A stretch of 63,780 nt of DNA, filler included, from Bigelowiella natans CCMP2755 (Eukaryota; Protista; Cercozoa), in assembly GCA_000320545.1 (NCBI GenBank). It is 6 parts of 6 records of this genome, joined end to end, with 100 filler letters (N's around TTAATTAATTAA, not from the genome) between each part and the next. Parts side by side here need not be neighbours in the genome. Positions count along the whole stretch, not along the records: positions 24,505 to 48,104 come from ADNK01003490.1; positions 48,205 to 54,380 come from ADNK01003176.1; 4 more parts are not named here. One strand, given 5' to 3'. Below the pieces are notes generated by a model. That model did not search any database. It was not told the origin of the DNA and saw nothing but the letters and a program-made list of their open reading frames with translations. Positions 37,738-50,100 of this stretch are shown here, one piece after another. A program made the translations under genes and the position numbers. How positions within the stretch are numbered: the stretch's first letter is position 1; each line of letters starts with the position of its first letter.

Positions 37738-37860
37738 ACACACGCGCGCGTTCGTTGGGCTGTGGACATGTACGCCAAACTGCACACGCTACAACATAGT
37801 CTCCATTGCAGCACGCCGCACACATTTGCCAACTCGCACATCGCATGCATAGAAAAGACG
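36990..37860. other. Partially TpA-depleted, strongly CTAG-enriched intergenic domain
   Basis: More than 25 CTAG in ~700 bp, including CTAGCTAGCTAG tandems. Few other TpA. Confidence 0.8.
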
Positions 37861-38229
37861 CAATTAGTTGAGTTTCAGCATCGTATTGTGTCCTCTGCTT
37901 GTCGTGCCCAAGGTGTGTCGTCCTCTTTCTTGACTGCCCTCAACACCATCATCTCTTTCATTGTTTATTTATTTGTTTATTTCCCAATGTAACATATTGT
38001 CATGGGTGTTGGTAAATATTTGGTGCAAACACAACTAGATGAACTGCCAAGATCACATGGCTCGCACTTACTTTGCTCTACTGCGTCTGTATCTCACAAC
38101 TTCTAGACGTAGCGCTACCGTGAGTGTAAACAAAAAAGGGAACATATCCTACTGTGAGGACGACAACTGTTTACATTGTTGCATGCTATGTTCCCACCCG
38201 CGCCACAAGCCATGCTGGATGGCTTTTTG

Positions 38230-39560
38230 CTTTCCCATTCTCCCAAGGCTCAAGGTGTCAGTTTAATCGATCTGTGGTCTGTGATACCGGGAAAGCGCCA
38301 ATCACGTTCCTTTTTAGGATAGCGATTGCTAGGAAATTAATCTTCTTTGTCGCTTAGTAGTCCAAACCATATCGAAGAAGGATCACATTGTAGAGAGCGA
38401 TGATAAGAATCAAAGTCCCTGCCTAATGGATGTCAACGAGCAAAAGGAATGAGGAATTGCGCAACGATCTCTATGGTGCTTGTTCTTTAGTAACCTCGAG
38501 GAAAAATACTCTCTCCTTCACGCCTTTCTGTTTCCTTCTTGCATCCACTGAATTCTGTTGATCTTTCGAGCTTTTCACAGCAGTTATTGAAGCTTCTTGA
38601 ACAATAAATGGACGGAGAGTCGCATAAATTATTAGGTAATGGAAAGGCCATCGAGTACCTTCAAGATACATTCTTATTCCTTGTATTTATGCATTTTCGA
38701 AGAGAGCATATTCAACTTACCCCTGCCCCATATCCATTGTTTCACTGCATCTGAAGAATTATATCCATTCCCTCCATTCAGCCTAAACAATTTTATATAA
38801 CATCAGGTTCTGAAATGGGTATGGTGGGAAATTCGAGTCAAGTGAATGAATTGGGACAATGATGTCAGAAATCTCACCGCTTGCGAAGAGCGTCTCTTTC
38901 GGAGAGAGCCTCTTGGCATAACTTCCAATTACTACAATAGTAATAGCTTAAAGTCAAATATTGTGATGTTCTTGATGTTTACTTAGAGACCTTGGGACGT
39001 TCGCTAGCACTTCCCCGAATTTTTCCTCCGCGTAAATCAGGTCACCGTTGTTTAATGCATTTCTCGCTGCGTTTAAAGATGCTATAGCTCTTATCTTGTC
39101 TTCTTGTGGAGTTTTCTTGGGTAAGAGCGCGAAGAATCCTCCTTCAACTCCATCTGCGAGATTTCGAACGATACAAGAAGATGCTTCATATCTTACAATG
39201 CAGGAGAAAAATAGTACCAGGTCTTCCATACAATTCACACGCAAGGATGAGCAACACATCCAGTGAAACTTTGCCTATATTATGAGGATTTCAGCTCCAA
39301 GGTAAATATCGATGCGGTTGAATGTAACTTCCTGCTGCAATCAGTTCCTTGCGTCGAGAGCATTGCGCAGGCTACAATTTGCTACATTAGAACTTTAAGT
39401 ACTTCAGAAAGAATCATAGTTTGATTGCTTACTAGATTTAAGTGCCTCCTTCCGTATGACGGCACAGGATATGCTCCTTCAAACGCCTAGAGTGTTCGAT
39501 CATTATCAATATGCGCAATGATGGGTTCAAAAAGTCAAAATAATACTCTTCCAAAGACCG
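38230..39560 (-). CDS. Hypothetical multi-exon helical protein (possible TPR-like segment)
   Basis: Minus-strand open segments, e.g. KIRAIASLNAARNALNNGDLIYAEEKFGEVLANVPR, flanked by splice-like signals. No family recognised. Confidence 0.35.
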
Positions 39561-40409
39561 ATGGGAAAGCAGCCTTGGGGCCACGCCAAAGTGTTTGACC
39601 AAGACACCTACTCTGGACACCACCTTCCCCCACAACAACTATCATTATTATCATTATTATTATTGCACCCAGCCCTTCCATAGGATTTCTCTTGTTTTCG
39701 TAGATCTCTGTTTTCCTACACAGGTAAGAATGGGTTGCTGCTTGCCACTGTTAATGGGCTGGATCCGAAGCACAGATTAGGTACAGAGGAAATCGATTTC
39801 AGATAGTAATCTAAATATATGTTTAAAAAAAAATCAGTTTCTCATATCGGCAATTGTTACTCATACACAGGAAATTTGTGCCATTGTATCACCTTGGGTT
39901 AAAATTTCGGTTCCCTAGTTGGTCGGGATGAGCATGTTAGGTTTCCAGCATCTCCTACTCCATCCAGCTACTGCTACTGTCTTCTAATAAATTGCAGTTT
40001 TATGGAGCAATTTAATGTTAGCAATGTGGTTAGTTTTTATCATCGTCATCATCGTCGTCATCATCATGGGACATCCCATGATCATCATGATCAGAACACA
40101 CAAGACCCCATGAAATGTGTGCCAGTATTCCAGGGACCCGATTGTGCATCATACTCCTAACATGATTCTTCATGACAATAGATGGAAACGTTGTCGTAGC
40201 ACAAATGTAGCCTGCGTTCATCATTACTGTCGCCGAAGCTGAACCATTTCTCCTATTTCAAGTTCCGGCACACCAACCCCATCGCCATTTCAGAATGCCA
40301 TTCTTGGTTCCTTTTTGTTTCACTTTGTGCATGAGCCAATACATGTTGTTCGTAGCGAATGTTGCAGCATTGTCATGGCGTCATGCCCAAAATTAGACCT
40401 CGCTAGATT

Positions 40410-42130
40410 TAGCTCGAGGCACTGCGTTTCGTGCACTGCAAATGTCTTGTCACACTTTGGAAACGTGGTTCATCGATCGCTCATTGTTCATTGTTCATTG
40501 TTCATTGGAAAGGAAATCCATCCACGGAAATGCAGTGTTTCATCACGTTGTTTGTTTGTTTGACAATTTCCAAATCCTGCTGGTTTCACCAGCTAGTCCT
40601 CGCTAGACTCAGCTTGAGGCACCACGTTTCGAACTTTGCAAACGTCTTGCAACGTTTTGGAAATGCAGTCCATCATCACCAGATTGAGTTTCTTTCTTGA
40701 TTTCAACGTTTGCAAGTGTCACATCAATGGGCCCAATGGGACACTTTGGAAACGCGGTCGATCAACAAAGTTGCATTTCTTTTGTTCTTGAGGGTCCACG
40801 TCACTCCATCGGGAATCACGATGCGAAGGAACGTGATGGGGCCAAAATCCACAACCTGCTTCCTTGCTCCTCGACGATTTGCCTGTTCCCATGCACCCAT
40901 TGGACAAAGGGTCGTTTTTTTCGTGAAAATTGTGGCCTGTGCGTGGAACCATTGTCTCCTGCCAGCCTGTGACATTTGCCTCTCCCCGCAACAACGCAAT
41001 GATTGGGTTCATGTTTTCACGCTCCCAACAGGCTAGCAGGGGCACCATCGCCAGCCAGCAATCGCAAAGGCACTCTCTGCATGCGAGTTTTGTGCCTGAC
41101 GTGAGCCTGATGCGTGATGAGTGGACAAAGATTGCGACAAGTTTCGATCGAGTTCTCTGAGCCACCCCTTCACACGTTTTGTTCGATGCACACACGCCTT
41201 CCTTTCACAGTTAGACAGGCCAGGAGGTGCAGCAACGGCTCCTAGCGCGTGCATGTGCATAGCTGATGGAGCCAGGTGCAGCAACACCAGTCTGTGGTCA
41301 CCACACAGAACTGGAAAACAACGATGACATGTCAGTGCGCAATTGGACACCTCCAGACCTCTGTTGCAAACCGCCACTTTGCGTTTCCTAGCTTCGTTGA
41401 CGAATGGATGCTTCCAAAGTTTCAGCGCACGCTCGCGAAAGCAAGAAAATGGAAAGAGGCCGGCACTCGAAATTGAAAGGTGAACACGCACGTCAGACGC
41501 GCAAAAGAGCGCTGTTTTGCAAGAGTGCAAGCTCCTGGCTTGAAAACGTCCAAGCACAATTTTTGAGAGTTTTTCGGTGTGCAAACCACGGTGTGCAAAC
41601 CAGCAAATGGAAACGCGCTCTGTGCAATCCCAACGAAAAAAAACTGGCACAACCACTCTGAAACGTGCTGTTTCTCTGAGACACTGCATCCCCGTTGGGT
41701 CTCGTTCAAGTTGTTTCTCTGAGACACTGTGTTCCGCCCCGTTCCCCGTTGGGTCTCCTTCAAGCTGCTTCTCTGCTGAGATGCTGTGTTCACGTCAGGT
41801 CTCCTTCAAGCTGGAGGGAGAACCAGTCAACTCGCTGTGTCAAGCGTGGGCCCTTGCTAGCTTGTGATTCCAAGCACACTAGCACAGCCAGAGTGCGCAA
41901 AAGTTGATCGGCGAGCATTCTAGCAATGGCGGCTAGATCGGGCCACGTTTGCTTCAACTGCGCTTTGCACGCATCAGCTTTCATCAGCCGTGTCTCTCCT
42001 TCTTCAGCTAGTTAGCTCTCCAGCTTTTTGCGGGTTTGTTCATCACATGACTTCTAGACTTCGTTCTGAGACGGAATGCTCTGGCGCTGCCAGTTGGGCA
42101 GGGCTAGGACGATGCGACAACGGACGTGCA
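40410..42130. other. TpA-depleted domain with repeat relics and a captured gene fragment
   Basis: Surviving TpA lie nearly all in CTAG, with a few TTAG/ATAG. Shares a repeat with 24899-25045. Confidence 0.92.
41636..41822 (+). pseudogene. Inverted, hypermutated copy of the DAHP-synthase exon1-intron1-exon2 junction
   Basis: Aligns to the reverse complement of 44416-44545, with TA replaced by CA/TG and the GT donor destroyed (GGTATA to GGCACA). Confidence 0.92.
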
Positions 42131-42638
42131 GGCAAAAGATGCTGGCATGTTGTATGTGCTACATGCGCTGGCGTGTGACTGCTAGACTGGCACACGACCG
42201 TCTACAACTAATGCACAAACTCTCATTGCGCGCGTGCTCGCTAGCTAGCTAGCAGGCTCGTATCGGCAGCAACTGATGCATGAACACAGCATGTTTGTCA
42301 TGTTGTAAGCATGCTAGTAGCATGTACGTGCAATGCACAGCACATCTAGACATATATGTAGTGCGATGCATGCGTAGCATCGATCTACAGCATGTATGGA
42401 CAATGCTAGAATGCTGTACAATGCACACTGCAAACAATTGAATGACAATTTTACAATTATTTTGATGAAATCTGCTGCAGTGCACAAAGTGCGACACTTT
42501 CAGAGCGTTCACATGTACACCGCGTCAACATCGATCGTCATACTATAGACACAGTTTATATTATATATACGTATGTCTATTGTTCATTTGTGGTTGCACA
42601 GCTTAGCAAACACTGACCCATCATTGCTAATCTGCCAA

Positions 42639-44557
42639 TCATTCCAGCAACTTAGCTAAACGGAAGGACATCTCCATGCTCTGCGCATAATTGAGGCGTG
42701 GGTCACATGCAGAGGTGTATTTAGCATGCAAATCGTGATCAAGGAGCTCCTGTGGACCACCGACACATTCTGTGACATCTTCACCTGTCATCTCGAAATG
42801 TACTCCATTTAGTCGGGACCCATTTTCCTTGTGGATCTAATCATTTATTTGTTGGATCAAATCAAAACGCACATAAAGAACAAAATGCTTCAGTCTAATT
42901 ACATCAGCTGTGATTTGAAGTTCTTGTAGAATCTCAGAGAAATCCCTTGTTTTTAGGCCGTCTTTGGTTGCGCGGGTCTGCCCGTGGCAGGGATCACAGA
43001 TCCAATTAACCTTCACATATTCATGTATTATTGAAGAAATTTCATCAACTTCCTGAAGTCAATTTTACCTTAAGACCCTCTTTATTGACTGCGGATAGTA
43101 ATTTTGGGAGAACTTTCGACACATTCTTATATCCAAAACGAGTTATGAGAGTGATTTTCCCGGCCTCGTTCTTCGAATCCAAAGCCTGTAAAGAAAGGGA
43201 GCGTTTCGTGATCCGAATTCATTTCAGCGAACAGCAAATTTTTACTTTGATAAGCTTTATCAGTTCATCCGGAGGCATCTTCGGTCCAACCTGCAACAAA
43301 TAAGTATTCAACAATGGCCGGAGTCCACTAGACTTTCGTCGGTACTACTTTGATGCCGATAGGATTTGCCAGTCCTCTAAAATACTCAACATGTGCCCCA
43401 TCAAGCTGGCGGGTGCGATTCCCAATCCAAAGAAAATGAGCCCCCATGTTGAAGAATTCAACATTCTTCGCTTCTTCTGGTTGTTCTTTTGTTGACTTCG
43501 TACATGGAACTGCATCTTTTTTTGTCATTGCTTCCTAAGCGAGTACAATTTATAAATTTGAGTTTCCAAATAACCAATCGAATGATTTGAGCTGCTTTCA
43601 TGTCAGCAATTAACCTCGTAGTCCAGAACTAGTCCCTCATGACTAGTGAAAAATTCAACTCTGTCCGTTGTGCTCTGATTAGCTCCACCGCAAACTCGCA
43701 AAAAATCGAGTGAAGACAAAAGTCTTTTCGTGATCTTTTCATATGCTTCCCTCAACTTAACATCCTTAATGAAGTCCAACTCCCAATTTTCCGCGTTGTG
43801 CTGTTCCAAAGATGCTTTCTTCAGAAAATATTGAGGGGGCAGACAATAATTATTTTAAAACCAGATCAGCAAACCCGCCGCTCGTCAATGCTCGAATATA
43901 GTTGAGCGTTGCAGAGGATCGAAAATAGCCCTCAAGAAGGCGCTTTGGATCTGGGATCCGTGCTTCTTTAGAAGCTTCCAAGGCATTGACGTTGTCCCCT
44001 TTAAAAGATGCCATCTCGACTCCTTCAACAATTTGCGTTGGCTTTGATCTCGGTTTTCCGTATTGCCCAGCTATCCGACCGATTCGTACAACAGGCTTAC
44101 GACTTCCCCAGATCAGCACCTTTAATATCTTCTCAGATGTTGAATTAGTGGGCTTGCAATGCTAAAATACTTACAAGGCTCATCTGAAGGAGGATACGAA
44201 GCTTGATTTGAATAATCTTCTGGGTGCAATCAGAGAATCTCTCAGCACAATCACCTCCCTGCAGGATTAACATTTCTCCCTTATGAACACGGGAGAGCAA
44301 ATTGCGCAGACGTTTCACTTCACGTGCGTCCACTAAAGGAGGTAAGGTCGATATCGTTGCCACACATTCCGCAAGCTGCTTCTTATCAGGATATTGTGGC
44401 TGCTGTTTCGCATCTTTCTCCCTCCAGCTTGAAGGAGACCTAACAGGAACACAGTATATCAGAAAAACAGCTTGAAGGAGACCTAAAGAGGATACAGTAT
44501 CTCAGAGAAACAGTACGTTTCAGAGTGGTTATACCAGTTTTTCTTCTCCGACAACAT
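42639..44557 (-). CDS. Class II DAHP synthase (3-deoxy-7-phosphoheptulonate synthase), multi-exon
   Basis: MLSEKKNW|[99 protein letters not shown]. Confidence 0.96.
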
Positions 44558-45057
44558 TGCCTGAAGTTATCATGAGACGGGAAGTCAACATCCGCAGTAT
44601 CTGTTATAACTAACTACCCCCCCCAACCCAGATTTACTCAAATGTAATGGCGTTCGACCAAAGTACACTATGAATGCAATAATGATACGACTTTGTTCAA
44701 AGGCAATTCCAGCAGAAGGGTATGGGGGTTGAAGTCAGTCTGTCGGAAGCATTTATATTGTTTCTGTTCGAAAATATTGCAGAAATAGCCTGCGTTCATG
44801 TTCAACCTTTTTCATCCGCGTTTCTTTCAAAAGTTAACACCATGTAATGAATGTCAGGAGAGTTCTCATTTTTGTCATCGGCCGATATATTAATTTGTGG
44901 TGCGGCATTTTAGGAGAGTAATTTTTTTATAATAAGAGAAGCCAAACGACGAAGGGCTGTAAGAGCCTTTTCGTTCTGCGACATGCATACTATACGAATT
45001 ACTGAAAACAGGTGCATTTGGTCCCCTGCGTCATCAATTCAGAACGCAGAGACGACA

Positions 45058-47634
45058 ATGGAACCTGCACCCGCAGCCACTCGATCTCAGGTATGGATCC
45101 ATTTTGATTGTGAATGACAGGAGAGATTATCATCCGAGTAGAATTAAGGCAAAGATAATTTTTCACTTACACTGATCGTATTTTAAGAATTCGTTAGCTT
45201 CTACTCTTTCGCTACAGAATTTATCCTATTCTTGTTCTTTGGTTCCTATGCTTGTTCATATATTCTTCTTCTTTTCGCAATTGACAAGGTCCTCCATCCC
45301 GTGGATCGTTATCATCGTCGGAAAGCATTAACATCGTATCTCACCCCACTGGCCCTATCAGTCACCTTTTGCATCTCAGCTCTCATCCTCCTCACCGCAA
45401 ATAATAGCTTGGATCAATACCCACCACAATCCACAATGCACCGATTTTTCTTGCGAGCTGGGACGGGAGTCAAGGGAAGTGTAACAAGAGGAGGCACAAT
45501 TGGGAGCAGTGTGTTCCAAAACGTCAGAAACAGCATGTAAGGACAGTGAAACTGCTGGCCTAATGCTTCACTTCATAATTTTTACCTTAGCACCTAGTGA
45601 AGCAACACTCGTCCTTTTCATTGAATTGATACGAAAGTGAGTTATATATATATCGTATTATGCTAATCAGGGTGCGACCACGGAAAGCTGTGGGTGCATC
45701 AACATCAAAGTCGGATGAGCCTGCTGCTGCTGCTGCCGGGAGTAAAAATTCGCTTTGCAGCACGATGGCTGCTGCTACCAAGTTCGCAGCAAATCTCTTG
45801 TGGCGGCCTTCTTTTTCTTCACGATCAAGCAACATACTCAAGAAGGACCATGTGGGCAAAACCACAGACAGCATGACGACTAGCACTGCAGTAGGAGCAC
45901 TACCCCACAATAATCGGGCTGCATTGTTCAGCACAGCGGTGGTGGATGATGAGGAGAAGGCTAAAGCCCCAACCGAGAAATTTCGCAAAGATTATAAGCC
46001 TCCGCCATACTGGATTAAAAATGTGGAGCTTGACATACGTGTGTATGATGGTAGGACGGCTGTTATCTCTAAGCTAAGTGTAGAAAGAGACGCCAATACT
46101 GCTCCAGGAACACCGATGGTGTTAGACGGAGAGGATCTCTCTCTAAAGAAGATAACCATTGATGGCAAAGAAACTAAAGACTACTCTACTGACAAATTAA
46201 GCCTTACAATTGGAGGAGGGGGAAAAGACAATAATCCGCTCCCAGAATCCTTCATCCTCGAAGTAACTCAATAACCAACTCGGCTCAAAATAATGACAAT
46301 AATTATTTTAGTTATTTTATAATTCATCAATACTTCACCAAAACTTCTGCATCTCATTTTAGGTTGATCGTTCTCACGGTCTGTTGTTGTTGCTGCTGCT
46401 GTTGTTGTTGTTGTTATTGTTGTTGTTGTTGTTCAACTTCTTCTTTTCTTAGACTGAGGTCGAGATAATTCCTGAGGAAAACACGCAATTGAGTGGGTTG
46501 TACAAATCTGGCTCAATGTACTGCACGCAATGCGAGGCAGAGGGCTTTAGGAGGATCACGTACCATCTCGATAGACCTGATGTTATGGTAAATTATAATA
46601 ATAATAGTAATAATAATAATAATAATAATACACTTTTTGTTGTTTAGCAATATACTCATCGCCACAACTTTCAACTTCCAGAATTATGTCAATATTAATG
46701 TGATCTTTTATTATATTTTTGGATGTATGGGCTAGTCTCTATCGATAATAATGATACTACTACCACAAGTATGAAATGTAACCATAACCCAAAAGGCTAA
46801 ATATCTCGTTCGTGTCGAGGCTGACAAGTCTTGGCCAGTACTTCTTTCCAATGGAAACCTCATCGACTCAGGGGATGTTGTTTCAAATGATGAATCATCA
46901 TCATCATCGCCGTCGTCGTCGTCTTCTCGTCACTTTGCTATTTTTGAAGATCCATATCCAAAACCTAGTTACCTGTTTGCTGTGGTGGTGGGAGATCTTG
47001 GAAAGATTACTGACAAGTTTATCACTATGTCCGGCCGCGAAGTAATGAAATTTGCATGCATCTGCTGTTGTGACTACTACTTACTATCCTTACTACTTAC
47101 AACTTTGTTCTCCTTTTCATCTTGGATAATACTACTACCACTACTACCAATAATAATGATAAAAAAAATGATATTTAAAACTTAGGTGGAACTAAACGTA
47201 TTCTCGGAAGCTGAGAATGTTGATGCATTAGACCATGCTATGTTATCCTTAAAGAAATCTATGAAATGGGATGAAGAACGATGGGGCCGTGAATACGATC
47301 TCGACGTATATCACATCGTCGCTGTTAACGATTTCAACATGGGGGCCATGGAGAATAAGGGTCTCAATGTCTTCAATACTGCACTCACATTGGCAAAGCC
47401 TGAAACAGCTACTGATATGGATTACATGCGCATCGAAGGGTTGATTATTATTATGTTTCCATGCTACTACTACTACTACTACTACTACTACTATTTTGCA
47501 AAATGATGACACAATAGGAACAAGAATGACATTATGTTAGTAGTAGACATCTATAAAAGATTTGGCCAAAGTAGATTAGGCAGTTTTGACTACATATTTG
47601 GAGAAATTCTCTCCCCTTCCCCCCCCCCCCCCCT

Positions 47635-47676
<42 letters not shown>

Positions 47677-47718
47677 ACACACACACACACGCATATAATA
47701 TATACACATCTATAATGT

Positions 47719-47791
<73 letters not shown>

Positions 47792-48104
47792 ATTGTTAAG
47801 TTATACGGGCGTCAGTCTTCCTCAGTTTTTCTTGTGTCTCTTCTTCTTCTCTTTCTTCCTCTGTTTCTTCATAGAGTGATTGGGCATGAATACTTCCACA
47901 ATTGGAGCGGGAACCGGGTCACATGTCGCGACTGGTTTCAACTTACCTTAAAGGAGGGTCTTACAGTACGTGCTACTATATTTAAAGCAGACTTTTTCCT
48001 CTTTCAATTGGTATATTAAAATAGTACGAACAATTAATGTGAAGGTGTTCCGAGATCAAGAGTTTTCGGCGGATATGTGGAGCCATGCCGTCAAGAGAAT
48101 GAAT
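45058..48104 (+). CDS. pepN: Aminopeptidase N (M1, PepN-type) with long N-terminal targeting leader; 3' truncated by gap
   Basis: [96 protein letters not shown]. Confidence 0.96.
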
Positions 48105-48204
48105 NNNNNNNNNNNNNNNNNNNNNNNNNNNNNNNNNNNNNNNNNNNNTTAATTAATTAANNNNNNNNNNNNNNNNNNNNNNNNNNNNNNNNNNNNNNNN
48201 NNNN

Positions 48205-48243
<39 letters not shown>

Positions 48244-48279
48244 AAAATACAAAGAGAGAGATGCAGTTCCTAGATTTAA

Positions 48280-48731
48280 CCCTCTCCCTCAGGAGGAGTA
48301 CAGCACTAGCCCCGTCCTTTAGTCCGGAAGACGATCCCCCTTTTATGGGGTAGGCACCCCCCCACACACACACACACACACACACAGGGGCTTCCTTCCA
48401 ATGAGCTTGGATTAAAAAGCCAGGTAGAAAAACAGGGAGACGGGTGGGCATGTACAATTTTATGCACATTTAACATGGATTCGCGTGTGTTTTTTTGGGG
48501 GGGGGGGGGGTTGAAATCACCCGTGCCATGGTCCTGCGGCTTACGAAACGCTGGCTTCAGCTTTGCAACCTGGTAGCGTTTTATCACACGAGGGGGGGAA
48601 CCGGGTGTGCATAGAAATTTGACCCTCTTTCACATTTGCAAAGAGTGCTTCTCGAAAGCATTTGTAAAGGGGAATAGGGAATGGAGGGAGGGCTACATCG
48701 CGCACGCACCACATACGCACATGTATATGTA

Positions 48732-48770
<39 letters not shown>

Positions 48771-48959
48771 CATATTTTTATATGTAAATAAATGTATCAT
48801 TGCGAAATAACAACACGCACACAAATCGATGCATATCAGCAGCAGCGGGCACCTTCGCCGGATTGATCTTGCTTCGAATCAGGTTGTCATCGTTCACAAT
48901 CTTGCCCTCTAAAGAGGTCACAGCAGGGGAAAAACCAATAAAACATCTAGAGGCCGCAC

Positions 48960-48994
<35 letters not shown>

Positions 48995-49115
48995 TCACGC
49001 GCGCGCTTGCGCTTGTCATCAACGAACCAGCGTTCTTCACAGGTACGACTTCACTCCTGATTGCTGCTCGGGCCTTGCTGGCCTTAGAATGGCTTCCGAT
49101 TGCGAAGGCATCCTG

Positions 49116-49155
<40 letters not shown>

Positions 49156-49931
49156 GTGCGAGTGGGTGAGAGCGTGGGGAGAAGGAAAGGTTCATATTAT
49201 CACCGGTCGCCCTCGTTCATACAATGAGTGCATTCTCTCCTCGACGGGAGAGGGGGGGGGGGGAAGCATTGATACTCCCAAATACATATTATAGATGTAG
49301 CCAGGTTGCTTGTACGCTTATATCTTTCCCACTTTCCGTTTAACCCATGCCTCCTCTTCTACCTGATCCTTTCGATTGATGGCGTTAATTTCCGCCATAA
49401 GATCAGCGTGGTACCCCATCGTACGACCTTTTGGGCGGGTAGGAGGAGGAAAGGGAGAGAGACGGGGGGGGGCAAATCAGAAGAAGAACCAGCTCGAAAC
49501 CATCACCACCCCCATTCTCTGTGCAATTGACGATCAGTTGCAGAGGGTGTATTAATTTTTCCCCAAATTCTAATCGGAAAGACGAACAAAGACCCGTTTA
49601 TTCTCAAGATGCATGTTTTGTCACGATCACGCCGGAGGAGCAACGATCAGCGGCGCTTTCTCGCTTTCCGCATCTAACACATGTGCGGCGCGGCGTTCGC
49701 TGCGGAGTCTATTCTGTGCACCAGTCGATCGTTCCGCAATGGCGGGCGCTTTCGGTAGCCATCCTGAGACTGGCCCTGCGATCTTGAAGAGCTCCGAGAG
49801 GCCGGCGTAGAGGCTGTGATGGTGAAGATCTAGTAAGCTCGTGAGCGCAACGAGCGTTATTTCGGTATTGTGGGTGCTTGTGGGTGCGTGGTGGTAGCGT
49901 CGATTTCCATCAGTGTGTGCGTGCATGCATG

Positions 49932-49966
<35 letters not shown>

Positions 49967-50053
49967 TACGAATGTGCAACGCACATCTGCACGACCCGAT
50001 AAACATGCGATGGAGACTGTTGTGCCCGGGATCTTCAGAAGGAAGGGAGAGAA

Positions 50054-50100
<47 letters not shown>

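Noticed and set aside
40800-41600. Possible degraded retroelement or viral ORF inside the TpA-depleted domain
   Set aside because: No RT, integrase, transposase or capsid motif is recognisable by eye. A TA-restored translated search would be needed.
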